Shown one piece after another: positions 1 through 10,600 of a stretch of 64,000 bases of DNA. Numbering within the stretch: the first letter of the stretch is position 1; every line of letters begins with the position of its first letter. Both the position numbers and the translations under genes were made by a program. The DNA comes from an uncultured Candidatus Binatia bacterium (GTDB lineage: Bacteria > Desulfobacterota > Binatia > UBA9968 > JAJDTQ01). Below the pieces are notes generated by a model. It did no database searches and was not told where the DNA came from. It saw nothing but the letters and a program-made list of their open reading frames with translations. The stretch covers positions 1,792,001 to 1,856,000 of the forward strand of contig OZ219754.1 in NCBI GenBank assembly GCA_964291295.2, in the 5' to 3' direction.

Positions 1-417
1 AGGGACTTGCGCATCGACGTCTTCCGTTCCTCGGGGCCCGGGGGGCAGAGCGTCAACACCACCGACTCGGCGGTGCGGATCACCCACGTGCCCACGGGGA
101 TCGTGGTGTCGTGCCAGGACGAGAAGTCGCAGCACAAGAACCGGGCCCGGGGTCTCAAGATCCTGCGCGCCCGCCTGCTGGAGCAGACCCGGGAGGCCCG
201 GCGCTCGGAGGTCGCGGCTTCGCGCAAGCTGATGGTGGGGAGCGGGGACCGCAGCGAGCGGATCCGCACCTACAACTTTCCGCAGGGGCGGGTGACCGAC
301 CACCGGATCAACCTGACCCTGTACAAGCTGGACCAGGTCATGGACGGCGGCGTCAAGGATCTGATCGACGGCCTGATCACGTACCATCAGGCGGAAGCGC
401 TCCAGGCTACCGCCTGA
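1..417 (+). CDS. prfA: peptide chain release factor 1, C-terminal part (5' end lies outside the window)
   Basis: [18 protein letters not shown] (GGQ motif) and [18 protein letters not shown]; directly upstream of prmC. Confidence 0.95.
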   Translation, partial: RDLRIDVFRSSGPGGQSVNTTDSAVRITHVPTGIVVSCQDEKSQHKNRARGLKILRARLLEQTREARRSEVAASRKLMVGSGDRSERIRTYNFPQGRVTDHRINLTLYKLDQVMDGGVKDLIDGLITYHQAEALQATA

Positions 418-421
418 CCTC

Positions 422-1312
422 GTGGAACCGCAGATGACAGGGAAAGTGGCGGATGTGCTGCGGCGCGCCGCCGCCCGCTTGGGGGATGCCGGCATCGACA
501 CCGCCCGGCTTGATGCCGAGCTGCTCCTGATGGAGGCGCTCGGGTGGTCGAGGGAGCATCTCTACCGCAACCCCCGGGGCGAATTGCGGGACTTCCAGAC
601 GGCGCGGTTCGAGAGCCTGATCGGCCGGCGGCTCGGCGCCGAGCCCGTGGCCTACGTCACCGGCTTGCGGGAGTTCCGGTCCCTGGACTTCCGGGTCACG
701 CCGGACGTGCTCATCCCGCGTCCGGAGACTGAGCACCTGGTGGAGACGGTGGTGGAGTTCCTGGCGCCGGGTTCCGGCCCGGGCCGGATCCTGGAGATCG
801 GTACGGGCAGCGGCGCGGTGGCGGTCTGTCTGGCCCTGGAATTCCCGCGGGCGGAGATCTGGGCCACCGACGTTTCGGTCGCGGCCCTGGAGGTGGCCCG
901 GGACAACGCGGTTCGTCATGGCGCCGCCGGCCGGATCCGCTGGTGCCCGGGAGATCTGCTGGCGCCGCTGCGGGGTCTGTGCGCATGGTTCGACGTCCTG
1001 GTGTCGAATCCGCCCTACATCCCCAGCGGCGCCATCGCCTCGCTGCCGCCAGGCGTGCGGGAGTGGGAGCCGGCGCTGGCCCTGGACGGCGGCGCCGACG
1101 GCATGGACTTCCACCGCCGGCTCGGGCGCGGCGGCGCCCGGCACCTCCGGGAGGGTGGAATGCTGGCGCTGGAGGTGGGAGCGGCGCAAGGTGACACGGT
1201 CTCCGGATTGTTCCGGGACAACCGGGAGCTTCGACGGGTGCGGGTGCGGCGGGACTACGGCGGCCGCCCCCGGGTGGTGACCGCGGAACGGGCGCCGATG
1301 TCAAGAAATTGA
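422..1312 (+). CDS. prmC: release factor glutamine methyltransferase (HemK)
   Basis: [20 protein letters not shown]-binding motif, SNPPY; follows prfA. Start could be ATG 434. Confidence 0.95.
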   Translation: MEPQMTGKVADVLRRAAARLGDAGIDTARLDAELLLMEALGWSREHLYRNPRGELRDFQTARFESLIGRRLGAEPVAYVTGLREFRSLDFRVTPDVLIPRPETEHLVETVVEFLAPGSGPGRILEIGTGSGAVAVCLALEFPRAEIWATDVSVAALEVARDNAVRHGAAGRIRWCPGDLLAPLRGLCAWFDVLVSNPPYIPSGAIASLPPGVREWEPALALDGGADGMDFHRRLGRGGARHLREGGMLALEVGAAQGDTVSGLFRDNRELRRVRVRRDYGGRPRVVTAERAPMSRN

Positions 1313-2604
1313 CAAGGGAAACGGGGTCGGCGGTCTTGGACAGCATCGTTGTCAGGGGCGGGACGGTTCTGGAGGGCGAGGTGGCCCTCGGCGGGTCGAA
1401 GAACGCCGCGCTTCCGGTGATCATCTCGTCGCTTCTGACCGCCGATGCGTGCTGTTACGACAGGGTGCCGGCGCTTCGTGACGTGAGCACGACCCTGCGC
1501 CTGCTCTCCCGCCTGGGAGTCACCATCGAGAAGGATGTCTCGCCCGGCGCCCGGCTGAAGCTCACCGCCGACAGGATCAGCGAGTTCGAGGCGCCCTATG
1601 ATCTGGTCAAGACCATGCGCGCCTCGTTCCTGGTCCTGGGGCCGCTGGTGGCGCGCTTCGGCGAGGCCCGGGTGTCGACGCCCGGCGGCTGCGCCATCGG
1701 CTCCCGGCCGGTGGATCTGCACCTCCGCGGGTTGGAGCGCATGGGCGCCTCCATCCGCCAGGACCACGGCTATGTCGAAGCACGGGCGCGCCGGCTCGGG
1801 GGTGCCGTCATCCCGCTCGATTTCCCTTCCGTGGGGGCCACCGAGAATCTCATGATGGCCGCCACCCTCGCCCGGGGGGAGACCGTGATCGAAAACGCCG
1901 CCCGCGAGCCGGAGGTGGCCGAGCTGGCCGCCGTGCTGCGGAAGATGGGCGCCCGGGTGAGCGGGGCCGGCGGCGCGGTCATCCGCATCGAGGGCGTGGA
2001 GGAGCTTCACGGCGCCTCTCACGAGATGGGTCCGGACCGCATCGAGACCGGCACCTTCATGGTGGCCGCCGCCCTCACCGGCGGCAACGTCCTGATCGAG
2101 GGCGCCCGGGCCGAAAACCTCGAAGCTGTCATCGCCAAGCTGCGGGAGACCGGCGCCGGGGTGGCGGAAGAGCCGGGCGGGATTCGCGTAACCGGCAACG
2201 GTCGGGTGCGCGGCACCGATGTGGCCACGCGGCCCTACCCGGGTTTTCCGACGGACCTGCAGGCGCAGATGATGGTACTGATGGCGGTGGCCGACGGCGC
2301 CAGCGTCATTACGGAGAACATCTTCGAGAACCGCTTCATGCACGTCCAGGAGTTCAACCGGATGGGCGCGCGGATCACCCTCGACGGCAACAGGGCGGCG
2401 GTCCGGGGTGTGGCGGCGTTGTCGGGCGCGCCGGTGATGGCCACGGACCTGCGCGCGAGCGTGTCGCTGGTGCTGGCGGGCCTGGTGGCCAAGGGCGTCA
2501 CCGAGGTGTCGCGGATATATCACCTGGAGCGGGGGTACGAGGAGATCGAAGGCAAGCTTGCCCGCCTGGGCGCGGACATACGAAGGGTGGACCGTGACGG
2601 TTGA
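1309..2604 (+). CDS. murA: UDP-N-acetylglucosamine 1-carboxyvinyltransferase
   Basis: [22 protein letters not shown] (catalytic Cys loop), [17 protein letters not shown]; start may be TTG 1336. Confidence 0.97.
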   Translation: MTRETGSAVLDSIVVRGGTVLEGEVALGGSKNAALPVIISSLLTADACCYDRVPALRDVSTTLRLLSRLGVTIEKDVSPGARLKLTADRISEFEAPYDLVKTMRASFLVLGPLVARFGEARVSTPGGCAIGSRPVDLHLRGLERMGASIRQDHGYVEARARRLGGAVIPLDFPSVGATENLMMAATLARGETVIENAAREPEVAELAAVLRKMGARVSGAGGAVIRIEGVEELHGASHEMGPDRIETGTFMVAAALTGGNVLIEGARAENLEAVIAKLRETGAGVAEEPGGIRVTGNGRVRGTDVATRPYPGFPTDLQAQMMVLMAVADGASVITENIFENRFMHVQEFNRMGARITLDGNRAAVRGVAALSGAPVMATDLRASVSLVLAGLVAKGVTEVSRIYHLERGYEEIEGKLARLGADIRRVDRDG

Positions 2605-3904
2605 CATCGTGAAGACCACGGATCCCGGTTTCGACAGGACCCTGGACCGGATCCTCCAGCGGCGCGGCGAGATCGAGCGGGACGTGGAGACGAGGGTGGC
2701 GGAGATCATCGAGAACGTGCGGCGTCACGGCGACAAGGCCCTGGTGCGCTATGCCAGAGCGTTCGATGGCATTGCCCTGAAACGTTCCGGCATCGAGGTG
2801 CCGGCGGAAGAAATCGACCGCGCCCGCGAGAACGTTTCCAGGGAGGATCTGCGCTGGCTGCGGCTGGCGGCGGCGCGCATCCGGCGGTTTCATCGTCGCC
2901 AGATCGAGAAGAGCTGGCGCTACCGGGACCCCCTGGGGCTGGAACTGGGCCAGCGTATCAGCCCGGTGGACCGCGCCGGTGCCTACGTGCCCGGCGGCAA
3001 GGCCGCCTATCCCTCCACCGTGCTCATGACCGTGATCCCGGCGGTGGCCGCCGGTGTCCGGGAGGTGGTGGTGGCCACTCCGGTTCGGGAGCAGGCCGCG
3101 CTGGTGCTGGCGGCGGCGCGCATCGCCGGCGCGCATCGGGTCTTTCGCATGGGCGGGGCCCAGGCCGTGGCCGCCCTGGCCTACGGTACCGAAACCGTCC
3201 CCCGGGTGGACAAGGTGGTGGGGCCGGGCAACGTGTACGTGGCGGCGGCGAAGCGGCTCGTGTTCGGCCAGGTGGATATCGACTCCATTGCCGGCCCCAG
3301 TGAGTTGCTGCTGCTGGTGGACGGCTCCGCGGACCCGCGTTACGTGGCCGCGGACATGCTGTCCCAGGCCGAGCATGACGAGTTGGCCGCCGCGGTGTGC
3401 GTCACCCCGTCCATGACCATGGCCCGCAAGGTCCAGGCGGCCATCGACCAACAGCTCGGGAGTACCCGGCGGCAGGCCATCGTCCTGGGGGCGCTGCGGC
3501 GCTTCGGCACCCTCATGGTTTCGCGCTCCCTGAAGGAGGCGGTGGACATCGCCAACGCCATCGCGCCGGAGCACGTGCAGATCATGGTGCGGCGCCCCGA
3601 GCCATGCGTCGAGGCGGTGCGCAACGCCGGCGCGATCTTTGTCGGAGCCCATGCCACGCCGCCGCTGAGCGACTACGTGGCCGGCCCCAGCCACGTGCTC
3701 CCCACCGGCGGCAGCGCGCGCTTCTTTTCGCCCTTGGGCGCCTACCACTTCGTCAAGCGGACGAGCATCGTGCGCGCCGAGCCCGGCGGACTGGCCGCCC
3801 TTGCACCGGCCGTGGTCCATCTGGCGCGCCGGGAGGGGCTGGACGCCCACGCCCGGGCCGTGGAGGCGCGGATGCCGGCGGGGAAGGAGAAAGCGCATGA
3901 ATAG
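2594..3904 (+). CDS. hisD: histidinol dehydrogenase
   Basis: [43 protein letters not shown]; GTG start overlapping the murA stop. Confidence 0.95.
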   Translation: MTVDIVKTTDPGFDRTLDRILQRRGEIERDVETRVAEIIENVRRHGDKALVRYARAFDGIALKRSGIEVPAEEIDRARENVSREDLRWLRLAAARIRRFHRRQIEKSWRYRDPLGLELGQRISPVDRAGAYVPGGKAAYPSTVLMTVIPAVAAGVREVVVATPVREQAALVLAAARIAGAHRVFRMGGAQAVAALAYGTETVPRVDKVVGPGNVYVAAAKRLVFGQVDIDSIAGPSELLLLVDGSADPRYVAADMLSQAEHDELAAAVCVTPSMTMARKVQAAIDQQLGSTRRQAIVLGALRRFGTLMVSRSLKEAVDIANAIAPEHVQIMVRRPEPCVEAVRNAGAIFVGAHATPPLSDYVAGPSHVLPTGGSARFFSPLGAYHFVKRTSIVRAEPGGLAALAPAVVHLARREGLDAHARAVEARMPAGKEKAHE

Positions 3905-4484
3905 AACGGCTACGGTACACCGCAGGACCACGGAGACGGACATCACCGCGGTGGTCGCCATCGACGGCAAGGGCCAGGCCCGGGTGAGCACCGGCATCCC
4001 GTTCTTCGACCACATGCTGGAGATCTTCACCCGTCACGGCCTGTTCGACATCGCCGTGGACGCCAAGGGCGACCTTGAGGTGGACTATCACCATACGGTG
4101 GAGGACGTGGGGTTGACCTTGGGGCAGGCGTTCAAGGAGGCGCTGGGAGACAAGCACGGCATCCGAAGGTTTGGCGAGGCCGCGGTGCCGCTGGACGAGG
4201 CGCTGGCGCGGGTGGTGGTGGACCTTGGCGGACGGCCCTATCTGGCCTATCGGGTGCGGGTCCGCGAGGGCCGGGTGGGAACCTTCGACACGGATCTTCC
4301 TCATGAGTTCTACCAGGCCTTCGTCAACCAGGTGGGAATGAACCTGCACATGGACGTCCGCCACGGCGAGAATCCGCATCACGTCATCGAGGCCTGTTTC
4401 AAGGGGTTCGCCCGGGCCATGGACCGGGCCACGGGGCGCGACGAAAGAATCGAAGGGGTGCTTTCCACCAAGGGGAGCCTGTGA
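3897..4484 (+). CDS. hisB: imidazoleglycerol-phosphate dehydratase
   Basis: RRTTETDI, TGIPFFDHML, DYHHTVED, NPHHVIEACFK, LSTKG. Confidence 0.97.
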   Translation: MNRTATVHRRTTETDITAVVAIDGKGQARVSTGIPFFDHMLEIFTRHGLFDIAVDAKGDLEVDYHHTVEDVGLTLGQAFKEALGDKHGIRRFGEAAVPLDEALARVVVDLGGRPYLAYRVRVREGRVGTFDTDLPHEFYQAFVNQVGMNLHMDVRHGENPHHVIEACFKGFARAMDRATGRDERIEGVLSTKGSL

Positions 4485-4653
4485 AGGGGCGCTTCGGGAG
4501 CGCGGGCGAGCCGACGGCAGTCCGGAAACCGCGGCACGTGCGCCGTTGGACGCGGCGCGAGACGGGTGCTCGGGGACGGTCACGTCATCCTGCCGTCCAC
4601 GGGACGCCGGGCGCTTTGGCGGTGCCGCGTCCGGCGTCAACGGAGGATTCGCG

Positions 4654-5280
4654 GTGATCGCGGTTGTCGACTACGGCATGGGTAATCTGAGAAGCGTCCA
4701 GAAGGGACTGGAGCGGGTGGGCTGCCAGGCCGAGGTCACCCGCGACCCGGGGCGCATTGCCGGTGCACGGGGCGTGGTGCTTCCCGGCGTGGGCGCGTTC
4801 CATGCCTGCATGGAGAACCTCCGGCGTTTCGGCCTGGTGGAGGTGGTGCGGGACGTGGTGCGCCACAAACGGCCGTTTCTCGGCATCTGCCTGGGGCTGC
4901 AACTCCTTTTCGAGAAAAGCGAGGAGTTCGGCGGGCCGGAAGGTCTCGGGCTGGTGCCCGGGAGGGTCCTGGGATTCTCCGCCGCGGACGGTCTCAAGGT
5001 GCCGCACATGGGCTGGAACGCCATTGAGATCCGCAAGCCCACGCGCTTCCTGGAAGGCATCGACAACGCCGCGCAGGTCTACTTCGTGCACTCGTTCCAC
5101 GCCGCGCCCGCGGACGCCGCGGTGGTGGCCACCGTCACCTCGCACGGGACACCCTTCGTGTCGAGCATCGCCACCGACCATCTCTTCGCGTGCCAGTTCC
5201 ATCCCGAGAAGAGCCAGGCCATCGGCCTGCGCATCCTCGAGAACTTTGGACGCTTTGCCGAAACGGGAGCCGCGGCCTGA
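4654..5280 (+). CDS. hisH: imidazole glycerol phosphate synthase, glutaminase subunit
   Basis: VDYGMGNL, LPGVG, GICLG, VPHMGWN, QFHPEKS; GGAGG upstream of GTG 4654. Confidence 0.95.
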   Translation: MIAVVDYGMGNLRSVQKGLERVGCQAEVTRDPGRIAGARGVVLPGVGAFHACMENLRRFGLVEVVRDVVRHKRPFLGICLGLQLLFEKSEEFGGPEGLGLVPGRVLGFSAADGLKVPHMGWNAIEIRKPTRFLEGIDNAAQVYFVHSFHAAPADAAVVATVTSHGTPFVSSIATDHLFACQFHPEKSQAIGLRILENFGRFAETGAAA

Positions 5281-5298
5281 GCCGCCGGTGCCGCCGAC

Positions 5299-6027
5299 AT
5301 GCTGATCATCCCCGCCATCGACATCAAGGACGGCCGCTGCGTGCGGCTGTACCAGGGCGACATGGAGCGCGAGACCGTCTACTATCCGCAGCCGCTGGAC
5401 GCGGCCCGGTATCTGGTGGAGGAGGGCGCCCGCATGCTCCATGTGGTGGACCTCAACGGCGCGGTGGCGGGACGTCCGGTCCATCTGCCGGAGCTGGCCG
5501 CCATCTGCGCCGAATCGGCGGTGGCGGTGGAGATGGGCGGCGGGCTGCGGACCCTGGAAGCCGTGGAGCAGGCCGTGGCGGCGGGGGTGGCGCGGGTGGT
5601 GATCGGCACCCGGGCGTACGAGAGCCCGGACTTCCTGCGCCGGACCTGCGCGCGCTTTCCCGGCCGGGTGGTGGCGGGCATCGACGCGCGCGCCGGCCGG
5701 GTGGCGGTCCGGGGCTGGCGTGACGACACGGCGCTGGATGCGGTGGAACTGGCGCGCCGGTGCCAAGGCGCCGGCGCCGCGCGGATCATCTACACCGACA
5801 TCGGCCGCGACGGCACGGGCCTGGGCGTGAATGTGGAGCAGACGGCGCAGGTGGCCCGGGCGGTGGCGATCCCGGTCATCGCCTCCGGCGGGGTCGGTTC
5901 GCTGGATGACATCCGCGCACTGGCGGCGCTGGCGGGCGAGGGTGTCGAGGGGGTCATCGTGGGCCGGGCGCTCTACAACGGCGCCTTTTCCCTGCTCGAA
6001 GCCATGGCGGCGGCGGATGCTCACTAG
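5299..6027 (+). CDS. hisA: ProFAR isomerase
   Basis: [44 protein letters not shown]. Confidence 0.97.
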   Translation: MLIIPAIDIKDGRCVRLYQGDMERETVYYPQPLDAARYLVEEGARMLHVVDLNGAVAGRPVHLPELAAICAESAVAVEMGGGLRTLEAVEQAVAAGVARVVIGTRAYESPDFLRRTCARFPGRVVAGIDARAGRVAVRGWRDDTALDAVELARRCQGAGAARIIYTDIGRDGTGLGVNVEQTAQVARAVAIPVIASGGVGSLDDIRALAALAGEGVEGVIVGRALYNGAFSLLEAMAAADAH

Positions 6028-6787
6028 ACGACTCATTCCCTGCCTCGACGTCGACGCCGGCCGGGTGGTGAAGGGGATCCGGTTCGTGGAGATCCGCGAC
6101 GCCGGGGATCCGGTGGAGGCGGCCCGGGCCTACGACGCGGCCGGCGCGGACGAACTCTGCTTCCTCGACATCACCGCCTCCCACGAGCAGCGCGGGATCA
6201 TCCTGGACGTGGTGGCGCGCACGGCCGACGCGGTTTTCATGCCCCTGACCGTGGGCGGCGGGATCCGGGAGAACGCGGACATCCGCAGGCTGCTGAAGGC
6301 CGGCGCCGACAAGGTCTCCATCAACACCGCGGCGGTGGCGCGTCCGGAGTTCGTGCGCGAAGCGGCGGAGATCTTCGGCAGCCAGTGCATCGTGGTGGCC
6401 ATCGATGCCAAGCGGGTGGAGGACCACTGGGAGGTGTTCACCCACGGTGGCCGCAAGCCCACCGGCATCGACGCGTGCGCGTGGGCCGAGCGCATGGCGG
6501 CCAGCGGCGCCGGCGAGATCCTGCTGACCAGCATGGACCGCGACGGTACCCGGGACGGCTACGATCTGCCGCTGACCCGGGCGATTGCCGACCGGGTCAC
6601 GGTTCCGGTCATCGCCTCGGGCGGCGTCGGCAATCCGGAACACCTCCACGACGGTTTCGTGGAGGGGCATGCCAGCGCCGCGCTGGCGGCGTCCATCTTC
6701 CACTACGGCGAGTACACCATCGGCGAGTGCAAGCGCTATCTGGAAGAGTGCGGGGTTCCGGTGCGGCCCACCCATGCCCAAGGCTGA
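6017..6787 (+). CDS. hisF: imidazole glycerol phosphate synthase, cyclase subunit
   Basis: [47 protein letters not shown]. Confidence 0.97.
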   Translation: MLTRRLIPCLDVDAGRVVKGIRFVEIRDAGDPVEAARAYDAAGADELCFLDITASHEQRGIILDVVARTADAVFMPLTVGGGIRENADIRRLLKAGADKVSINTAAVARPEFVREAAEIFGSQCIVVAIDAKRVEDHWEVFTHGGRKPTGIDACAWAERMAASGAGEILLTSMDRDGTRDGYDLPLTRAIADRVTVPVIASGGVGNPEHLHDGFVEGHASAALAASIFHYGEYTIGECKRYLEECGVPVRPTHAQG

Positions 6788-6799
6788 CTTGGTCGAAGC

Positions 6800-7340
6800 A
6801 TCTGCGCAGCGAACTCGCGACCCACGGCATCCCGGGGAGAAACGGGGCCAGAGAGGCCGCCAGAGCTCACGGTCGCATTGAGCATCGCGGTCCCGGCTTG
6901 GTTTCCCGGCCTTGTCAACCATCCCCATGTCGCGCAGCTCCTTCGCATCGCTCGCGAGCGCGGCACCGACGTGACCACCCTTGAACACGCCGGTGGCATC
7001 ACCTCGGTGCCGCCTCCCCGGAGCCGCTCCTCGCCGGGAACCGTGGCCATGGATCGGTGGCCGTACACCCTCACATCAGGGGCACGACCTTCCAGGAAGA
7101 CGCCTGCCTTGCGTGCCAGCGCTTCGCCTCCGAGAACAACGGCCGTGCAGCCGCATCGCCGTCGTGCTCGTCATCCACGGGACTCCGTTCGACAGCGTCG
7201 CCTCCGCAACCCGCCACCTTGCGCTCAAGCGCGAGGACGCTTTCGCCGTTATTCTCTCACCCTGAACATCACAACGCCGGACCATGGGACGTCCGGCGCT
7301 TTGCCAGCACCCGCACGTCCGCGCTGACCGAAACCCTGTC
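6800..7340 (+). mobile_element. degenerate ISAs1-family transposase remnant (3' part)
   Basis: Frame-broken fragments AHGRIEHR, HPHVAQLLRIARER..EHAGGITS and TFQEDAC resemble ISAs1 transposase motifs (HGRIExR, FxED). Confidence 0.6.
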
Positions 7341-7601
7341 ACCGCAGGCTCCCGCCCGCCCATTCATCGGTCCGCGCCCGGCTGCCTTGTCGCTGGGTGC
7401 ATGCCATCAACCATCGAAGCCTCTGGACAAACACACCCGGGTTCTTCCGCTGTTCCCCAACGTGGGATGATCCTGGCCGGCAAAGCCGCGGGTATTGCAA
7501 CCGCTCGCTGTTTCGGCTATCAGGTATGGGCTGTCCGCTTCGGCCGTGCGCCGGCACGGACATTCTCTCGACCATACCATTCGAGACGGAAGGGTGAGGC
7601 C

Positions 7602-10600
7602 ATGACGAAAATACCGCGCGGTTGTTCGGACGGGAAACACGGTTGCCTCATGCACGCGGGGCCTTCGTCCCCCCCCCCCCCCCCCCCCCCCTTCCAACAT
7701 CCACTCTCTCTCTGGGCGCGAGGCTGATCCGGTGCGCGCCTCCGCCAGAAGCCCACGACACCTGAGGGCGGGACTGCTCGCCGGCCTCTTCCTGCTCACG
7801 TTCGCCGCCGCCCTCGCGCCGCAGACGGCACAAGCACAGATCATTGATCTCACCGTAACGCCGGGCAACGGCAAGGTCGACCTGTCCTGGAGCTGGAGTG
7901 GCATTACCGGACAAATCAGGTGGCGGTACCACACATTCGGAGCTGCAACCAACAGCGCAACGGTTACGCCTTCCCCAGGGAAGCGAACTGGTACAGCGAC
8001 GATAACTGGTCTGACCAACGGCCAGATATATGATATCGAGATGCGCGCGAGTCGTCCTAGCGGGATTCATATTGGAACTTCCAACCGTGTCAGGGTGGTG
8101 CCGAACGACCTCGTCATCGTGTCCGCCACCGGGCTGGACAGCACAATACGGCTCAAATGGGACTATCAAGGTAGCCAAACCGGCAGTGGCTGGCAACATC
8201 AGACTTTTGAGGGAACAGGCGGCGGCCCATGGAAACAGCTGGCAGACTATTCTGCCGCCCGCGGGGCTGATATTCGAAATCTTGTTAACGGCAGAACCTA
8301 CAATATCGCTATTCGGTATCTGAGCGGCGGGGGCGGCTCCCACGCTGATTCCGTGCTCCACAACATTGGCTGGGTCAGCGCCACGCCGCGGGGGTCGACC
8401 CCGACGCTGGTTTCCGGCTCGAACGCCAGCGCCGCGGTCGAGTCGACCGGGGCGACGACGCTGGTGTGCTACAACCTTCTGGCGGCCTCGCAAGAAACCC
8501 CGCAAGGCTTGGTCAAGTATCTGGAGGCGCGCGCGGGCATGAGCGCCGTGCCTGCGCACAGCGTACTTGCCGATTCGAGTCTCGGCGTCGAGATCACCCA
8601 GGCCCCCGCCGGCATCACCAAGGGGCGCGGCGTCAACCTCAGTCCCTGCGTCAATCTCGGAGTGGGCGCGCATACCGTCACCTGGAGCTGGAAGGGCCGC
8701 GACGGCACTGCCGTGGCCGCCACGACCTCCACCACGATCACCGTGGCGGAGAGGGTCTCCAGTCCCAAGACGATCACGCTGTCGGCGTCCCCGTCGGCCA
8801 CGATCACCGAGGGCAACTCCGGTTCGACGGATGTCACCATCACCTTCACCCTCAGTGAGTCTGCGCCCGCGGGCTTCTCGGTTAGCTTGGGTTATCCCGC
8901 GGACATTGGCACAGCCACTGCCTCCGGCAAGGGATCTAACCCCTGCGATCCGCCTCTGCTTCCGAAGGGCACGGACGTGTGCCTCCCGGACGGCGTTATT
9001 GTCTCCATCGCCGAAGGCGAGACCCAGGGCACGAAGATCGTCCGCATACTCGGTGACACCCGGGAAGAACCGGACGAGACGATAAACCTCATCGGCTACC
9101 AGGACGACTGGGCCACCGGCAGGCTCACCCTGACCATCAGGGACGACGACGAGGGCGCCACCAAACCGGCCAGGCCGAGGGGCCTGTCGGCGGAAGCGGG
9201 CAATGCGCAGGTGGTGCTGACCTGGACCGATCCGGAGGACGATTCGATCACGGGGTATCAGGTGCAGAAGAAGAAGGGGAGCGCGGCCTGGGGCAGCTGG
9301 ACCGACCTCTCCGGTTCGGACGCGGACACCGTGATCCACACGGTGACGAGTCTGGACAACGACAGCGAATACCGCTTCCGCATCCGGGCGAAGAACGGTT
9401 CCGGCAACAGCGCCGCGTCGGCGGCGGTGAGCGCGACGCCGGCTGCCAATCCCAAGCCGTCCAAGCCGGTGCTGACGGCGGTGGCGGGTAACCGTTCGGT
9501 CACCCTGAGCTGGCCCGCCCAGACGAATATCGGGAATTGGGGTTACGAGTACAAGAGCGGGGCCGGCAGTTGGATCGCCAGGACGGTTTCGGACGGCAGC
9601 GCGACAAGCACGGTGGTGACGGGACTGACGGCCGGGACGGAATACACGTTCCGGCTGTTCGCCCGCCGCAGCAGCGGCGGGTCGTACCTTTCGTCGGTGT
9701 GGTCGGACCAGGTGACGGCGACGCCGTATGCCCTGTCGGCGCCGGTGCTGACAGGGGCCACATCGAATGTGGCCAGCTATAGTCTGGGGGTCCAACTGAC
9801 GTGGACCCATAGTGGTGACCTTCTCCCCAGTGGAGCCAGCTGGTTTCATTGGCAGATGGGTTATCGTCTCAAGGGGAGCACCACTTGGCAGGAAACCGCT
9901 CGCACGATCAGTTCGTCGGTACGTTCGGCGCGGACGGTTTCCTGGGAGGGAGGCGGCTACCCCGAGGGTGCGGTGGTGGAGGTGCGGGTCCGGGGACGGG
10001 GGTTGAATGATCAGACTGGCGTCTGGTCCAATATCCGCACGGTGACCCTCAGTGACGATGATGATGACAGGCCAGCCCTGACGTTCACCAGAGCGCCGGT
10101 GACGGTGGAGCCCGGGGCCGCCGCGACCTACACGGTGGCGTTGACGCAGGCGCATGCGGGCACACTGTCGATCGCGAGCGACGACACGGCCACGGCGACG
10201 GTGGACCCGGCGAGCCTGACCTTTACGGCGGTCAACTACAACACGGGTCAGACGGTGACGGTGACCGGGGTCGGCAACGGCACGGCGACGATCAACCACG
10301 CCTTCCGGCTGACGGGAGCTTCCGCGGATGCGATACCGGACGCGGGGACGGTGGACGTGACGGTGGCCGATACGCCGGGGGTGACGGTCTCGACGGCGGT
10401 GCTGACGGTGGTGGAGGGTGACTCCGGCACCTACACGTTGCGGCTGAACAAGGCGCCGTCGAGCGATGTGACGATAAGGGTGGACGGCGCTTCGGGGGAC
10501 GTGACGGTGGCGGGCGCGCCGCTGACCTTCACCACGTCCAACTGGAACAAGCCGCAGACGGTGACGGTGAACGCGGGGACGGACACGGACAATATCAGGG

